Counted from the first letter of the stretch, positions 1-13,085 are shown. The stretch is 64,000 nt of DNA from Octopus sinensis (GCF_006345805.1 NC_042998.1:97960001-98024000); one strand, 5' to 3'. Notes: generated by a model from the sequence alone, not told the origin. Translations and numbers: made by a program.

Positions 1-118
1 TGCATGTACCTGGTGTACCCTTATCAGACACGTAGTCATGATGGGTATACTGGGCTTCGTATATTTTACCCCAGTGTCATTTTGATGGCACGCACTGCTC
101 TCTCACTCAATAATAATA

Positions 119-171
<53 letters not shown>
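1..171 (+). mobile_element. 3' end of a non-LTR retroelement with (AAT)n tail
   Basis: ...ggcttcgtatattttaccccagtgtc...ctgctctctcactc is followed by (AAT)n. A related copy lies at ~552-620. Confidence 0.5.
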
Positions 172-175
<4 letters not shown>

Positions 176-550
176 TCTAATAAAAGAATAAAGCCTGAAA
201 TTTTGAGGGAGGGGACTAGTCAATTACATCGACCCCACTGTTTCACTGGTACTTAATTTATCGAACCCGAAAGGATAAATGGCAAAGTCGACCTCGGCGG
301 GTTTTGAACTCAGAACGTAAAGACGGACGAAATGCCGCTAATCCTATTTACGAAAGGCACAAGACCTGAAATTTGAATCGGGGGGACTAGTCGATTATAT
401 TGACCCCAGAGTTTCACTGGTACTTAATCTATCGACCTCAAAAGAATGAAAAGTAAAGTCGAATTCGGAGGTATTTGAACTCAGAATGTAAACGTGGACG
501 AAATACTGGTAACCATTTTGTCCGGCATGCTAACGATTCTGCCAGCTCGC
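172..550 (-). mobile_element. Two adjacent copies of tRNA-derived SINE family A (Nin/Deu-like core)
   Basis: Reverse complement of the window-wide consensus ggcgagctggcagaa...gagttcaaattccgccgaggtcgactttgcctttcatcctttcggggtcgataaattaagtaccag. Confidence 0.85.
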
Positions 551-747
551 AGGTTATATTAGGCTTCGTATATTCGTGCCCCAGTGTCACTCTGACGGAA
601 TGCGCTGCTCTCTCACGCGATAACAAAAATAACTTGCCTCAATAGCTAGATTTTATGAAAGCCATATTAAAAAAAGAACAATTGGCATGTTTTAACTCCA
701 TTGGAAATTGGTCGCTATGCTGCTCGAGGTATTTTTACAGTTATCTT

Positions 748-1185
748 TTATCTTTTATCTTTTACTTGTTTCAGTCATTATATTGCCGCCATACTGGGGC
801 ACCGCATTGAGGGATTTTTAGTCGAATAAATCAACTTCAGTACTTATTTATTTAAAAGCCTGGTACTTATGGTATCAGCTTCTTTTGCGATCTGCTAAGT
901 TACGGGGACGTAAACACACCAACACCGGTTGTCAAGCAGTGGTGGTGTGGGACAAACACAAAGACACACACATATACATACATACATACATACATACATA
1001 CATACATACATACATACATACATACATACATACATACGACGGGCTTCTTTCAGTTCTCGTCTAATAAATCCATCCACCTGGTTTCGGTCAGCCCGAGGCT
1101 AGAGAAGAAGACACTTGCCCAAGCTGCCACGCAGTGGAACCGAACCCGGAACCATGTGGTTGAGAAGCAAACTTCTTACCGCACA
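748..1185 (-). mobile_element. tRNA-derived SINE family B (full length, internal TACA array)
   Basis: On the minus strand: tggttccgggttcg...cttgggcaagtgtcttc...cgtccccgtaacttagc...tgactgaaacaagtaaaaga tail. Homologous to 32590-33025 and 55135-55450. Confidence 0.85.
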
Positions 1186-1217
1186 ACAACAATAGAGAAT
1201 TGTTATTATCATTATTA

Positions 1218-1249
<32 letters not shown>

Positions 1250-1737
1250 GTTATTTATTTATTTATTTAATTTTGTAAAACATGCTGTACCATTTAAAAG
1301 CGTCATAGATTATGCAAATAATACTGCAGATGTATTATGAGATAAAAACTTGTTGCTTAAAGTCTTCTACAGAAGAAAATACCATATCGCTTTGTAGAAA
1401 CCTGTGTATGCCAGCCAATACATTAAGATATGCTAATGTATGTGTATATGTGTGTGTGTGCATATGTATATGTATGTGTGTGTGTGTGTTTATACATACA
1501 TACATACATACATATATACATACAAACATACATACATACATATATACATACCTATGCATCATGCACATGTTTAGAACTTCCACTTCCATGTTCCGATCCT
1601 AATAAGAAAAAAGATTACGTCATTGTTATTCATGAAGGTTATTACTTCAGTTAGTGCTAAACTGACTACTGAATCCATAATCAGCATTTGTCGTATTTTT
1701 TTTTTACTTCAATTTTATTACATTGTTTTAGCTTTTA

Positions 1738-2040
1738 AGATGAGATCGTTTAAGAACGAAGCGGAGTGAATGATGTGATCGCAAAGCATCGAAAATAGAA
1801 GTTCCGCTGGGGCGGACATATCACAAGGTTCATAGACAACAGGTGGACCCGTGCAGTTGCCGAGTGGCATTCAAGAGATCAGCAAAGGACAGTTGGGAGG
1901 CCTCCACAACGATGGGAAGACTATCTAGTTAAGCAATTTGGTCAAGGAAGAAAAGAAAGGGGCACTCAAGATGGGTTTGTAAGCACATTGTAATCAGTGA
2001 TGTATAACATCTGGTCGATACTGTGATACTGTAATACTGT
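1738..2040 (+). mobile_element. RTE-clade LINE 3' fragment, degenerate
   Basis: Translates with stops to KFRWGGHITRFIDNRWTRAVAEWHSRDQQRTVGRPPQRWED, the RWxGH...GRP..RW.D C-terminus typical of RTE ORFs. Confidence 0.75.
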
Positions 2041-2659
2041 AGTATTACATAGAATAACTTCATTATCTACAACACTAAAAGCTTTTCAAAATCCAATTGT
2101 GAAATTGTACTTTGCATTTCTAACTTTTATTCTACTATATGTAAATAAAATATATTTACAGCTTCAAGCTGAGAGCTTAAGTATTCATAGTCTAAGTGCT
2201 TCTGTTAACGCTAGTATGAAAGGTATTCCTGTTAATTTATTAATAGTCAAGTACTAAAAGATGCAGGCAAACCTAAAGTTAATATCACTGATGCTTCAAT
2301 TTACTTTCCTTAAATGAAATATATAGTGTAGCAATGAACTGAAAGTATCTTTCTAAGGTATTCTTCAAGAATCCGAACCGAAGAACTCGAAGTCTTTCAA
2401 CTTAAGACATTGGATTTTTATGTGAAACTAAGCCGAATGTACAAACAGTCTGTGTCATCTAGTATGTTCATTAATTACAAGCTCTTGACTCTTTAGATCT
2501 TGAAAATGTGTTTCAAAAACGCCCATCTTTAAGTATTCCATTGATTAAGTAATTTCCAAATACAGCCGAAAAAAAAATAATAATAATTCGAAGATATCAG
2601 TGAAGTATGGAGAAAGTTTCCTTTATAAGAAAGTGAAATTTTAAGACCAGAGTAATAAT

Positions 2660-3105
2660 GATTTCTCATTTTGGCACTAGGCCAGCAATTTAGGGGAGGG
2701 GTAAATCGAGTACATCGACTCCAGTACTCAACTGGTACTTATTTTATCGACCTCGGAAGGTTAAAAGACTAAGTCAACCTCGATGGAATTTGAACTCGGA
2801 AAGTAAAAATAGACGAAATGCCGCTAAGCATTTTGCCAGGCGTCCTAACGATTCTGCTAGCTCGCCGCCTTCAAGACCAAAGTAATAACGATTTCAAATT
2901 TTGGCACAAGGCCAGCAATTTCGATTGAATGAGTAACCAGATTACATCGACCACAGTACACAACTGGTACTTATTTCATCGACCCCGAAAGAATGAAAGG
3001 TAGAATGGACCTCGTCGGAATTTGAACTCAGAACGTAAAGATAGACGAAATGCCGCTAAGCATTTTGTCCGGCATGTTAACGATTCTGCCAGCTCGCTGC
3101 TTTAG
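2660..3105 (-). mobile_element. Tandem pair of SINE family A copies
   Basis: Two family-A units, each preceded by aagacca(g/a)agtaataa(t/c)gatttc (2643-2665, 2873-2894). Confidence 0.85.
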
Positions 3106-3712
3106 ACACGAATAATATTGATAATCTTTTTCGTATGTGTACTCAACCGTGGCTGACCTTAAACTAAAGAAAGAACAAAAAAATAATGTGGATAATAAAA
3201 CCAGAAACTGTTTCAGTAACAGTCGATATTTGATCAAAGATAAAACAAATAAGCAATCACAAACATGGTTTAACTATACAGAAGAAGGCAAGGCCTGCAC
3301 AACTTGATACTTGATCGATTTGTGTAGCATGAATCTGTTCGGAGTTAACTTTTGAGCAAGAAGTGTAAAAGGATTGGGTTACGGGTATGATGGAGAGTTT
3401 TAAATTGTCATATAAGCGCATAAGACCAATTGCTAAAAGGCTTTATCGATGAGTTGTAAAGATGTCAAAAGGTGCGCCTAGAAATGATGGAAAAAAGAAG
3501 CGACCATATAAAATACTAACTTTTTAAGACTTAAACCTTCATTTTATGATTTACAATAAAGATTAATGCATATGATGGAAGAAAAAATTCTTTTTTTCTT
3601 AAATACAATACTAAATATTAAATTGTGAGTGGATTCTGTATTTCTATTTTAAACCAACAAAAAAAAAGGGGGCAAATTTTCTACAAGATGGCAAACTGCA
3701 GAAGGAGTATGA

Positions 3713-3790
3713 CTGTTACGATTGGCTGGTTGTGCTCGCGTCATGAGTCAATGATGCCTTGTATAAAGGCACAGCTATTAGTACACACAC
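3713..3790 (+). promoter_or_regulatory. Candidate Pol II promoter, copy A (CCAAT, half-CRE, AP-1, TATA)
   Basis: ATTGG 3721-3725, GCGTCA 3738-3743, TGAGTCA 3744-3750, TATAAAG 3762-3768. Aligns colinearly with 5317-5400. Confidence 0.5.
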
Positions 3791-4199
3791 ACACATGCAT
3801 ACACAGATACACACACACACACACACTCACACACACACACACACATTTATATACATATTTTATAGATATAGATATACGTATTTGGGAACACGCGTGTGTA
3901 TTTTTGTTACGTGGGGTATAAACTAGTCCTTGGATAAGATATCCGCTGCAGGTGCTTAGTTGTGTGATTGGGTGGCCATCTTACTCATCATGACAATCTT
4001 TTAGAAATAGGTACCAATCCTTTTTTTTTTTAATGCCTCATTATTCTCTCAAAGGGAAGATCTGCCTCATCTGCTTATCTCAGAGAATTAATCCATTACG
4101 GGAATCTTTAATTTATGTCTTTGAAAAACTGCAGAAGCTTTATGAGTCAGTGCAGTCTATGGTAACATTCATCCAATATATCTGTCTAATATAAATAAT

Positions 4200-4480
4200 G
4201 ACATTTGGCCTAGAGGCTAAGATCTTGAGCGATTGTAAAATCATAGGTTCGATTCCCGGACTAGGTTGTGTATTTTATTCGAAAGCAAAGCGTTTCATTT
4301 CTCATGTTACTTTAGCTCATTCAGCTGAAATTACTATCAGTGGCAGCTAAAGGGTTAACTCTGCGATAAACTAACACCCCGTTCAGGAAAACAGAAGTTT
4401 TACACTTTCAATTGTGTATACGACTAAAATCGGCATAAGCTCCGGTTTAATGAGTCTTTTGGTTTGAGACGAACTTTAAC
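4200..4480 (+). mobile_element. Degenerate tRNA-headed SINE (family C-like)
   Basis: A-box-like tggcctagagg and B-box ggttcgattccc, followed by a body resembling 5848-6135. Confidence 0.5.
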
Positions 4481-4821
4481 TAATGCAGTTTGTATGAACA
4501 GAGTTGTGTCTGACATAACTATTCCATTTCCTGGATGCAAGGATTTCAGTGAGCCAGGATATACCTATTGTTAATCAAGCTTACACCTAACGCAAATATT
4601 CTAAAGCGTGCAACTATTTTCTGATGATGTAGTGTCTGTGTTTCTAAACTATATTCTATTTATGTATTTATCCTTCTATCCATTATCTCATCAATCAAAT
4701 AATCGACCAGAGCATCATCTATTTGTACATTTACAAGTATCAATCAACCTTTCCAGTCTTTTTCATAATAGGATATTAACGAATAAGATAGAAGGGGTAG
4801 GGAAAATTAAAGCAAAAAAGG

Positions 4822-4862
<41 letters not shown>

Positions 4863-4997
4863 AAACGAGGAAACTAACAAAGGAATTGAGAAAAGGAAGT
4901 AAAGAAGAAAAAGAAAGCGTGATGAATAGGTAATTCAAATCCGTTGGTACTGTAAATCAGTTAAGAGAAGGAAAACTGCGAATATGAAAGCAGCAAT

Positions 4998-5077
<80 letters not shown>

Positions 5078-5316
5078 TAGATAGATACATAGATAGATAG
5101 ATACATAGATAGATAGATAGATAAAAATAATAAAAGAAAGAAACGTAATACAAAAAACACATATACGTGCACACACATTTACATACGAAGAGTTATCAAG
5201 CAAACTATCAATTCTACGCTTGGTGTTTACGGGGAAAATAAATTGTTTTTCAAAGATAATCTCACTAACAAACAGCGCAAACCCAGCGAGTAAGTTCATT
5301 TTGCAATAGCTTCTAG

Positions 5317-5404
5317 CTGTTACGATTGGTTGATCGTTCTGACGTCATCAGTCATTGATGCAGACAACACTTGTATAAATGCACTACCATTAGCACGCAC
5401 TACA
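5317..5404 (+). promoter_or_regulatory. Candidate Pol II promoter, copy B (CCAAT, perfect CRE, TATA, Inr)
   Basis: ATTGG 5325-5329, TGACGTCA 5340-5347, TATAAAT 5374-5380, and an Inr-like cAtt at A5404, 30 nt after the TATA start. Confidence 0.65.
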
Positions 5405-5425
5405 TTACAGAATATAATTGTCGAC
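5404..5425 (+). other. Candidate non-coding exon 1 of the 44035 prepropeptide gene
   Basis: Followed by consensus donor GTAAGT at 5426-5431. Splicing to the AG at 44033-44034 gives gtcGACATGG, a strong Kozak context with no upstream ATG. Confidence 0.5.
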
Positions 5426-5475
5426 GTAAGTACCGTATATTATTTTCGATATAGTTTTAAGTTATTATGTATGTC

Positions 5476-5536
<61 letters not shown>

Positions 5537-5643
5537 CGCGCTTTCTCTCTTTCTTGTTCTTTTTATATCGCAACACCGTTTTTAATGTTACAAAGGTAAA
5601 TTTCTTACATAAACCACTGTGAAGTATTTTAAAGTAATAATAT

Positions 5644-5699
<56 letters not shown>

Positions 5700-5847
5700 T
5701 GCGTGCGTATGTGTACGTATGTATGGATATATTAATGTATGTATGCATGTGCATGTGCTTGCCTATGCGTGAGTATGCGCGTTTATATGTATGTACGTGT
5801 GTGAGAGAGAGAGCGTGAATGTGCGCGCGCGTTCAAGTAGGCGTAGA

Positions 5848-6135
5848 GAAGGTGCATAGCGTAGCCGTTAGAGAGTTTGGATTGCGTTGATAAGGATGTG
5901 GGTTCGATTTCAGGGCCAGGCATCAGTTTGTGTCCTTAAGCAAATTACTTTTATTTAGCATGACTCCAATCAATTCAAAGGTAAACGAGAACTAGCTCTG
6001 TGCAGGTGCAACCTTCTCATCCTCAAGTTGTCACATCTTTGATATTCCTCTGGGCCCAGCACCAAAGACTTTAGAAGGTGTCATTATATGCTCGCGATTA
6101 CACAGGCACCTAAAACAATTAGCGAAAGTATCGCA
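5848..6135 (+). mobile_element. tRNA-headed SINE family C
   Basis: tagcgtagccg A-box, gggttcgattt B-box, gtgtccttaagcaa body, and 3' ggcacctaaaacaattagcgaaag shared with 55830-56100. Confidence 0.65.
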
Positions 6136-6236
6136 TATGCTATCAAGTCACTGGCTTTTTACGTGGGTTTATTTACACACACACACACATCACACACACA
6201 CATACACACAAACACATCACACACACACACACACAC

Positions 6237-6313
<77 letters not shown>

Positions 6314-6369
6314 TGCATGCCCGTTTGTATTCCAAGAAAACATTTTTTATTAATTCTATCTATTGCAAT

Positions 6370-6600
6370 GAAGCGAGCTGGCAGAACCGTTAGCACTCCG
6401 GACAAAATGCTCAGCGCTATTTCGTCCGTCCTTCTGCCCTTGCGTTCTTAGTTCGAATTCCGCTGTGGTCGATTTTGCATCTCATCCTTTCGGGGCCGAT
6501 GAAATGCGTACCAGCTGAGCAGTGGGGTTGATGTAATCGACAAGCCCCCTTCTCCCAAAATATCAGGCCTTGGACCTATAGTGGAAAGAAATTATTGTTA
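6370..6600 (+). mobile_element. SINE family A
   Basis: gcgagctggcagaaccgttagcac...catcctttcggggccgat...aggccttggacctatagtggaaaga. Confidence 0.85.
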
Positions 6601-7134
6601 TTCCTGGCAACAACAACAGAAATATCATCCATGCACATCAACACAAACAACACACTAATACTTAACATACAAACGCAGGTGTGCACACCCTCACAATTTC
6701 TCTCTCTCTCTCTTTCTCCTTTTTTTAAAATAACATACACACACGCACACATAGATACATACATACATACATACATACATACATACATACTACATACATA
6801 CATACATACATACATACATACATACCGAAGTGTGTGTGTGTGTGTAAATCAATCAATAATAAGCAGAAACCAGGTGTGGTATTCGATACTTTATAGGACG
6901 TACGCGTTTCAAATGCCGAAATAATTCTATTATGTAAACATTGTGGCATTTGAAACGGGGTATGTTCTACAAAGCACTGAATACCACGCACGTTTGCTAC
7001 TTATTATTACTATTTCTATAATTTAGCTCGTATTCCGCACATTCGCCTGCCTCAAGATTGATGTCCAGTGTAGTCCTAAAATGGTTACTGGAATGGAGAG
7101 TGGAAACCACTACTGAACCCGATTATCTTTGGCT

Positions 7135-7255
7135 AGATAGATAGATAGATTTGTGGATATATATATATGTGTGTACATATATATATATATATGTCTATAT
7201 ATTCATATACATACATACATACATACATACATACATACATACATACATACATACA

Positions 7256-7291
<36 letters not shown>

Positions 7292-7379
7292 TATATGTGT
7301 GTGTGTGTGTATACATAAATAAATACATATTTACACACACATGTAATATATAACATGCATACATACTTTATAAAATGTA

Positions 7380-7450
<71 letters not shown>

Positions 7451-7456
7451 TGCATA

Positions 7457-7496
<40 letters not shown>

Positions 7497-7501
7497 TAAT
7501 A

Positions 7502-7537
<36 letters not shown>

Positions 7538-7612
7538 CATACATACATACATACATACATACATACATACATGCATACATACATATATATACATACATAC
7601 ATACATGCATGC

Positions 7613-7660
<48 letters not shown>

Positions 7661-7997
7661 CGTAGTATATCATATATGCGATACATATGAAGCTATAACA
7701 ATTTTATATGCAAATAAAAATATATAAATATAAATGTATTTATTATCTATACGTATATATGCATATATCAATTTACTTACCCATCTATCTATATATATGT
7801 ATATATATATATATATATATATGTATGCATGCATATTCATATATATATATATGTGTGTATATAGATGAGGACTGCGGCATCAAAGTCCCTCATCGACCAA
7901 ATGCTACCTATGAAAGGAGGTCTCAACTATTGTTGCAGCTCAGTCAACGGTGGTGCCCTAGCATGACCGCGGCTTTGAAGCTGAAGTATTTTTAAAG

Positions 7998-8039
<42 letters not shown>

Positions 8040-8170
8040 CATACATACATACATACATACATACATACATACATACATACATACATACATACAGATACAC
8101 ACATAACATATGTATGTATATATGTGTATATATGTATGTATATATGTATGTATATGCATATATATATGAG
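7135..8170. repeat. Compound microsatellite field: (TA)n, (TACA)n, (TG)n
   Basis: Directly visible; accounts for many YIYI/MYVC/HTHT ORFs. Confidence 0.95.
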
Positions 8171-8599
8171 AGATTTTGTATATACTTATACACACTTCTT
8201 TTATTGGTTTGAAGCACTTCATTGCATTTACGTTGGTATAGTGATTTCAAGTGTTTAGTAGGTCTCTATCTCCGTCTGGCACTTATTTTATCGAATCCTG
8301 TTTGCCGAATCTCTTGATTACAAACGTTAAGGAACACAATATAGGCAGACACATAACATACAAGCAAAAAAACATGCTCATATATATACATAGATTGACA
8401 TATAATCAGGTATATGCAACGTGGCTTGAAGTGGACTGGTAATGAAAGAATTGTAACCGCTCTTAAGCTTATGCCATATTGGTATCGTCATCTTACTGCT
8501 TGTATTTCATATGTATGTGTGTGTTTATGGCGGTTTGTGTGAACAGTAGTAAGGAGGGCTGAGGACAAGTGATCTTTACAGAATCAACATGGTTCCTGA

Positions 8600-9745
8600 T
8601 CTCTTGTACCGAATCATCTCAGGATCCATTCTTCCAGCCTCTTTCACATCGATTCATCTTGGTAATGTATACATGGGAAGATGTGTCATTTCTCATATTT
8701 ATCCCTAGGTTGCGCACTGGCTATAACTCTGAGATTCCAGTCCCTCTAGATTATCTTGGTCATGGAGTGTTTGTTGGCTGACGTCTTGGGACTCTCAAGC
8801 GTTAAATTGCGTTATTTTTCTTCCGACCGCATGTTGATTGTAATAGGGTTTTGATGTACGTTTGGGGCATCACCAAGTTTCGCAATAGATTGAGATACTT
8901 TTGTATCATCAACATAGCTAGTGAGAGTGCATGTTTGTCGAATCGAGGGCGTGTCCAATAGAGGTACCATAAATAGCAATGGCACCAGAACACAACAGTG
9001 TAAGACTACACTCAAAATCGGTGTTTCCCTTGAGAGAGCACTATTGGCTGCTACTATCAGATTTCTGCCTCTTAAAAAGTCATTTCGTCAACTATGCCGA
9101 CATCACGTAGTTTGCGATACATCATCCTATGATTGACTTTATCGAAGGTTTCCACAGAGTTGAGACATCGTACATTCACGTTCGAATGGTTGAGCAGCTG
9201 TTCCAACACGTAGGCATAGTACTGCAGGAGATATATTAGGCGACTGCTGAATGTTAGTCAGCAAGTAATTTTCATCTAGGAAGGTGATTATTTATTTATT
9301 TTGATAATTCTTTCCATGACTTTACTGATATATGAAGTCAGAGAGATAGGTCTGTAATTCTTAGCATCCGCTCTGCTACTATCTTTAAGAAAATGGCATA
9401 TTACTCCTTCCTTTAGCTTTTTCGGGAATTTCCAACTTGCCAAGAATCTTTGAAAAATTATCTGGAGTGACCTACCTAAAGCATATTCATAGGTTTTCTG
9501 CAGGATAGCAGGAAATCCATTGGCACCCGCTGCATATATAAACTCATTTCATCTGTGGCCGATATTACAACTTATATTCTGTCAATGTAATCGATGGTTG
9601 CCACCTACCTATGCAGAGCTTTGGTGGCCAAGAACTCAAGTGGCTTGTTTCCCATCAGACAGGTGAAAACACTTTTGAACTGCTCATTTGATATTTTACC
9701 AATCCTTTTAAGGTAAGTTGTTAGAGAATGTGTTATCTCCTTGGA
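8600..9745 (-). mobile_element. CR1/L2-group LINE reverse transcriptase remnant
   Basis: Minus-strand motifs AKNYRPISLTS (~9335-9365), FDKVNH (~9130-9147) and SYVDDTKV (ORF 8812-9015), with many frameshifts. Confidence 0.8.
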
Positions 9746-10027
9746 ACAATAGCTTTATTTAAATATATGTGTAATGTTGGTATATATATAAATGATATAT
9801 ACATATACATACATATATCCGTATTTCACTCACTCTCACACTTTCTGTCCCCTCCCTCTACCCTCTCTCAATATATTTGTGTATATATACATATGTGTGT
9901 GTGTTTATATAGATATATACAGAAATACAAACATTTTGTCAAACACATATATACATTTCCATATATACATACTATACATATATGTTTGTATTTCTGTATA
10001 TATTCACATAAACATATATATATATAT

Positions 10028-10548
10028 ATTTCTTTACTGCCCACAAGGGGCTAAACATAGAGGGGACAAACAAGATGAAAATTACTTGCTGACTAACATT
10101 CAGCAGTCGCCTAATACATCTCCTGCAGTACTATGCCTACGTGTTGGAACAGCTGCTCAACCATTCGAACGTGAATGTACGATGTCTCAACTCTGTGGAA
10201 ACCTTCGATAAAGTCAATCATAGGATGATGTATCGCAAACTACGTGATGTCGGCATAGTTGACGAAATGACTTTTTAAGAGGCAGAAATCTGATAGTAGC
10301 AGCCAATAGTGCTCTCTCAAGGGAAACACCGATTTTGAGTGTAGTCTTACACTGTCGTGTTCTAGTGCCATTGCTATTTATGGTACCTCTATCGGTCCCA
10401 GTGCGTTACTGGTACTTTATTTATCGACCCCGAAAGGATGAAAGGCAAAGTCGACCTCGGCGGAGTTTGAACTTAGAACGTAACGGCAGACGAAATACGG
10501 CTACGCATTTCGCCCGGCGTGCTAAAGTTTCTGCCAGCTCACCGCCTA
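10028..10548 (-). mobile_element. SINE family A interrupted by an inverted local duplication (10073-10395)
   Basis: SINE tail at 10028-10072 and head/core at 10396-10548 flank a 323-bp inverted copy of 8955-9277. Confidence 0.85.
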
Positions 10549-10619
10549 TATAAACATATATATATATATATGTAAACATATATATATGCATATATATAAT
10601 ATATATATATATATAATAT

Positions 10620-10664
<45 letters not shown>

Positions 10665-10792
10665 AGGCGCATATAATATGGCCCAGTGGTTAGCGTTTTT
10701 CAGATAGCCAGATACCGAAGAGATTGTATTGTGGATTTCCACCTCGGCATCCAAAACTCAGAGTTTTATCTTGGCTATTGAATAATTGTCAC

Positions 10793-10875
<83 letters not shown>

Positions 10876-10934
10876 TATATATGTATATAAACATATGTGT
10901 ATATATATATATAGTAAGAATTTGCAAAAAAAAA

Positions 10935-12165
10935 AAAAGACGAAGATAGGTGTGTAAACAACAAGCTGATGTATTAGATAACGCTCGGGAAGTGAGAAAA
11001 TCTTTTACGTTTCGCGCCTACGCTCTTCGACAGAAAAGAACACAGAAATAAACAGTGAGTGAAAATAGAAAATGGTTTAGTGGCTAGCGATCTATCATGG
11101 CGAATACCAGGCAGAGGGGTCACGCAGGAAAGCTAGGAAGAAAGGGAGATAATAAAGTAGTGGTGGATCCCAAAACGAAGGTGCGCGTGCGTAAGTATGT
11201 GAGAGCGTCTATGTGCGTGTGGGAGGGGGATTGTGACATTGACGTGTGCATGTGTAGATGTGTGGATGATGGTGTAGGTGCTGGGAAGTGGTCAATGCTA
11301 GTGTGTGCTGGGTGGTATGATGTGGTGTGGTGCGGTATGGTGTTGTGTGGTGTGGTGGTGAGTGGTGTGGTGGTGTGGTGGTGTTGACGGGGGTGGCGAG
11401 AGTGGGGAAAGTAAGTGTGGGTCTAAGGGATGGGGTGGGGTGGGATGGGAAGTAGAGGAATGGTGGGGATGGAATGTGTAGGGGGTAACGAGGGAGGCGG
11501 TGACGATGAAGAGGGAGGGTGGAAGGGAGAAGGTGGGTAGGAGTGAAAGAGGAAGTAGGTGCAAGAGCAAGAGAGGAGAGGTGGGTGGGAGGAAGTAGAT
11601 GTGAGCGGAAGAGAGGAGAGAGGGGGTTAGATGAAGAGAGGAGGACAGTTGAGCTCATGTGGCGCAAAAGACAGAAGAGAGATGATTAAACCCCTGCTCA
11701 CGTCGAAGACGGGAGTCCGGATGGCCCCTGTGCAAGGACAATCTGTACACAGACAGGTGTTGTAAAGAGTGACGGGTAGAGCGGAAATGGCGTGAGACCG
11801 GGGTGTCGTTGCCGAGTTGGATGTCTGGGAAGTGTTCCGCGAACTGGTCAGCCAAGCGGCGTCCCTTTCGACCGATGTATAGAGAAGGACAGAGAGAGCA
11901 GGAGATGCAGCAGATGACGTTGCTAGAAGTGCAGGTGAAGGAGTCAGTGATATGATATGGTCGATGATGGGTGCCTGTGAGGAAGGTGGTGTTGGAAAAG
12001 TAAGGGCAAGTGCGGCAGCGTGGGCGGGAGCAGGAGAACGAGCCGGGTTGGGAGTTTGGGTTAGGGAAGAAGCTGTGGACCAAGAGGTCTCGTAGGTCGT
12101 GGGCTCATATATATATATATTAGGGAAGAAGCTGTGGACCAAGAGGTCTCGTAGGTCGTGGGCTC

Positions 12166-12170
<5 letters not shown>
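10935..12170 (-). mobile_element. Penelope-like element 3' part (GIY-YIG endonuclease plus terminal region)
   Basis: ORF 11655-12083 contains CSRPRCRTC...FTCTSSNVICCISCSLCPSLYIGRKGRRLADQFAEH...PVSRHF, a PLE GIY-YIG with its Cys-rich linker. Hammerhead-like gaagagcgtaggcgcgaaacgta lies on the minus strand at ~11006-11030. Confidence 0.85.
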
Positions 12171-12226
<56 letters not shown>

Positions 12227-12882
12227 ATATATACATAACACCCAAGGGACGTTTGTACGTTGAAACAAAACGAAAACCAAAGATGAACATGAACAAATCA
12301 GTTATCCTTGACCTGCTAATATTACTAGCAAAGTCTTTTTTTATACATAAAAGCAAAGTATCAAAATCCACTCTTAGCCTCAGGACAAGTAAGTATCTTA
12401 TTGAAAAAAACATATCTTACAATAAAAGTAAGCAAGATGAATTTTATAAAAAGTGGATGCTCTACCATGAGTGTGCAAATGTGAAGTAATCCTCTATTGT
12501 TACCTCTTGTGGAACTACAAGAGCATACTATAATTGGATTAAAATTCTATTGGCGAGTGAATGTGTAGTAGTGTCTTTTTTTTTTGTTAATATTATTCCC
12601 TCTTCTTTTTCTCGCTTCTCTTTTTTAAGAAAAAAGAAAGTCCTGTTCTCCGTTTATTTTTATACAAGACTTCACAGCCCCCTGGCAGTGCTGTCTCCAA
12701 TCATAACAGGAAAAACAGGAAATAAAAAATATTAATTTTAAAAAATCCGTTATCGCTTAGAACATACACATATACACATGGACATACGAATGCAATGCCA
12801 CGCACACATGGCGTCTCTCGCTATCACAATAAAATCCATACACATATATACATAAATATATACCTATAGTATATACATATAT

Positions 12883-12915
<33 letters not shown>

Positions 12916-12935
12916 CTTATACATACATACATACA

Positions 12936-12966
<31 letters not shown>

Positions 12967-12992
12967 CTGTCTGACAGCCGTCAGACTTTGCC

Positions 12993-13085
12993 CCAAAGGT
13001 TTTTGTATCGACAAAAGTCAAAGCCTTGGACAGCTCTGAGTCTGTCGAGCTGTCCACAAGGCTTTGGTGGATACAAAACCTTTGG
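12993..13085. repeat. Imperfect palindrome (MITE-like hairpin)
   Basis: ccaaaggtttttgtatc...caaagccttggacagctc pairs with gagctgtccacaaggctttg...gatacaaaacctttgg around a 10-nt loop. Confidence 0.7.

Noticed and set aside
11097-11667. Pro/His/Thr-rich and Val/Gly-rich ORFs
   Set aside because: Low-complexity tract within the Penelope-like element's non-coding region.
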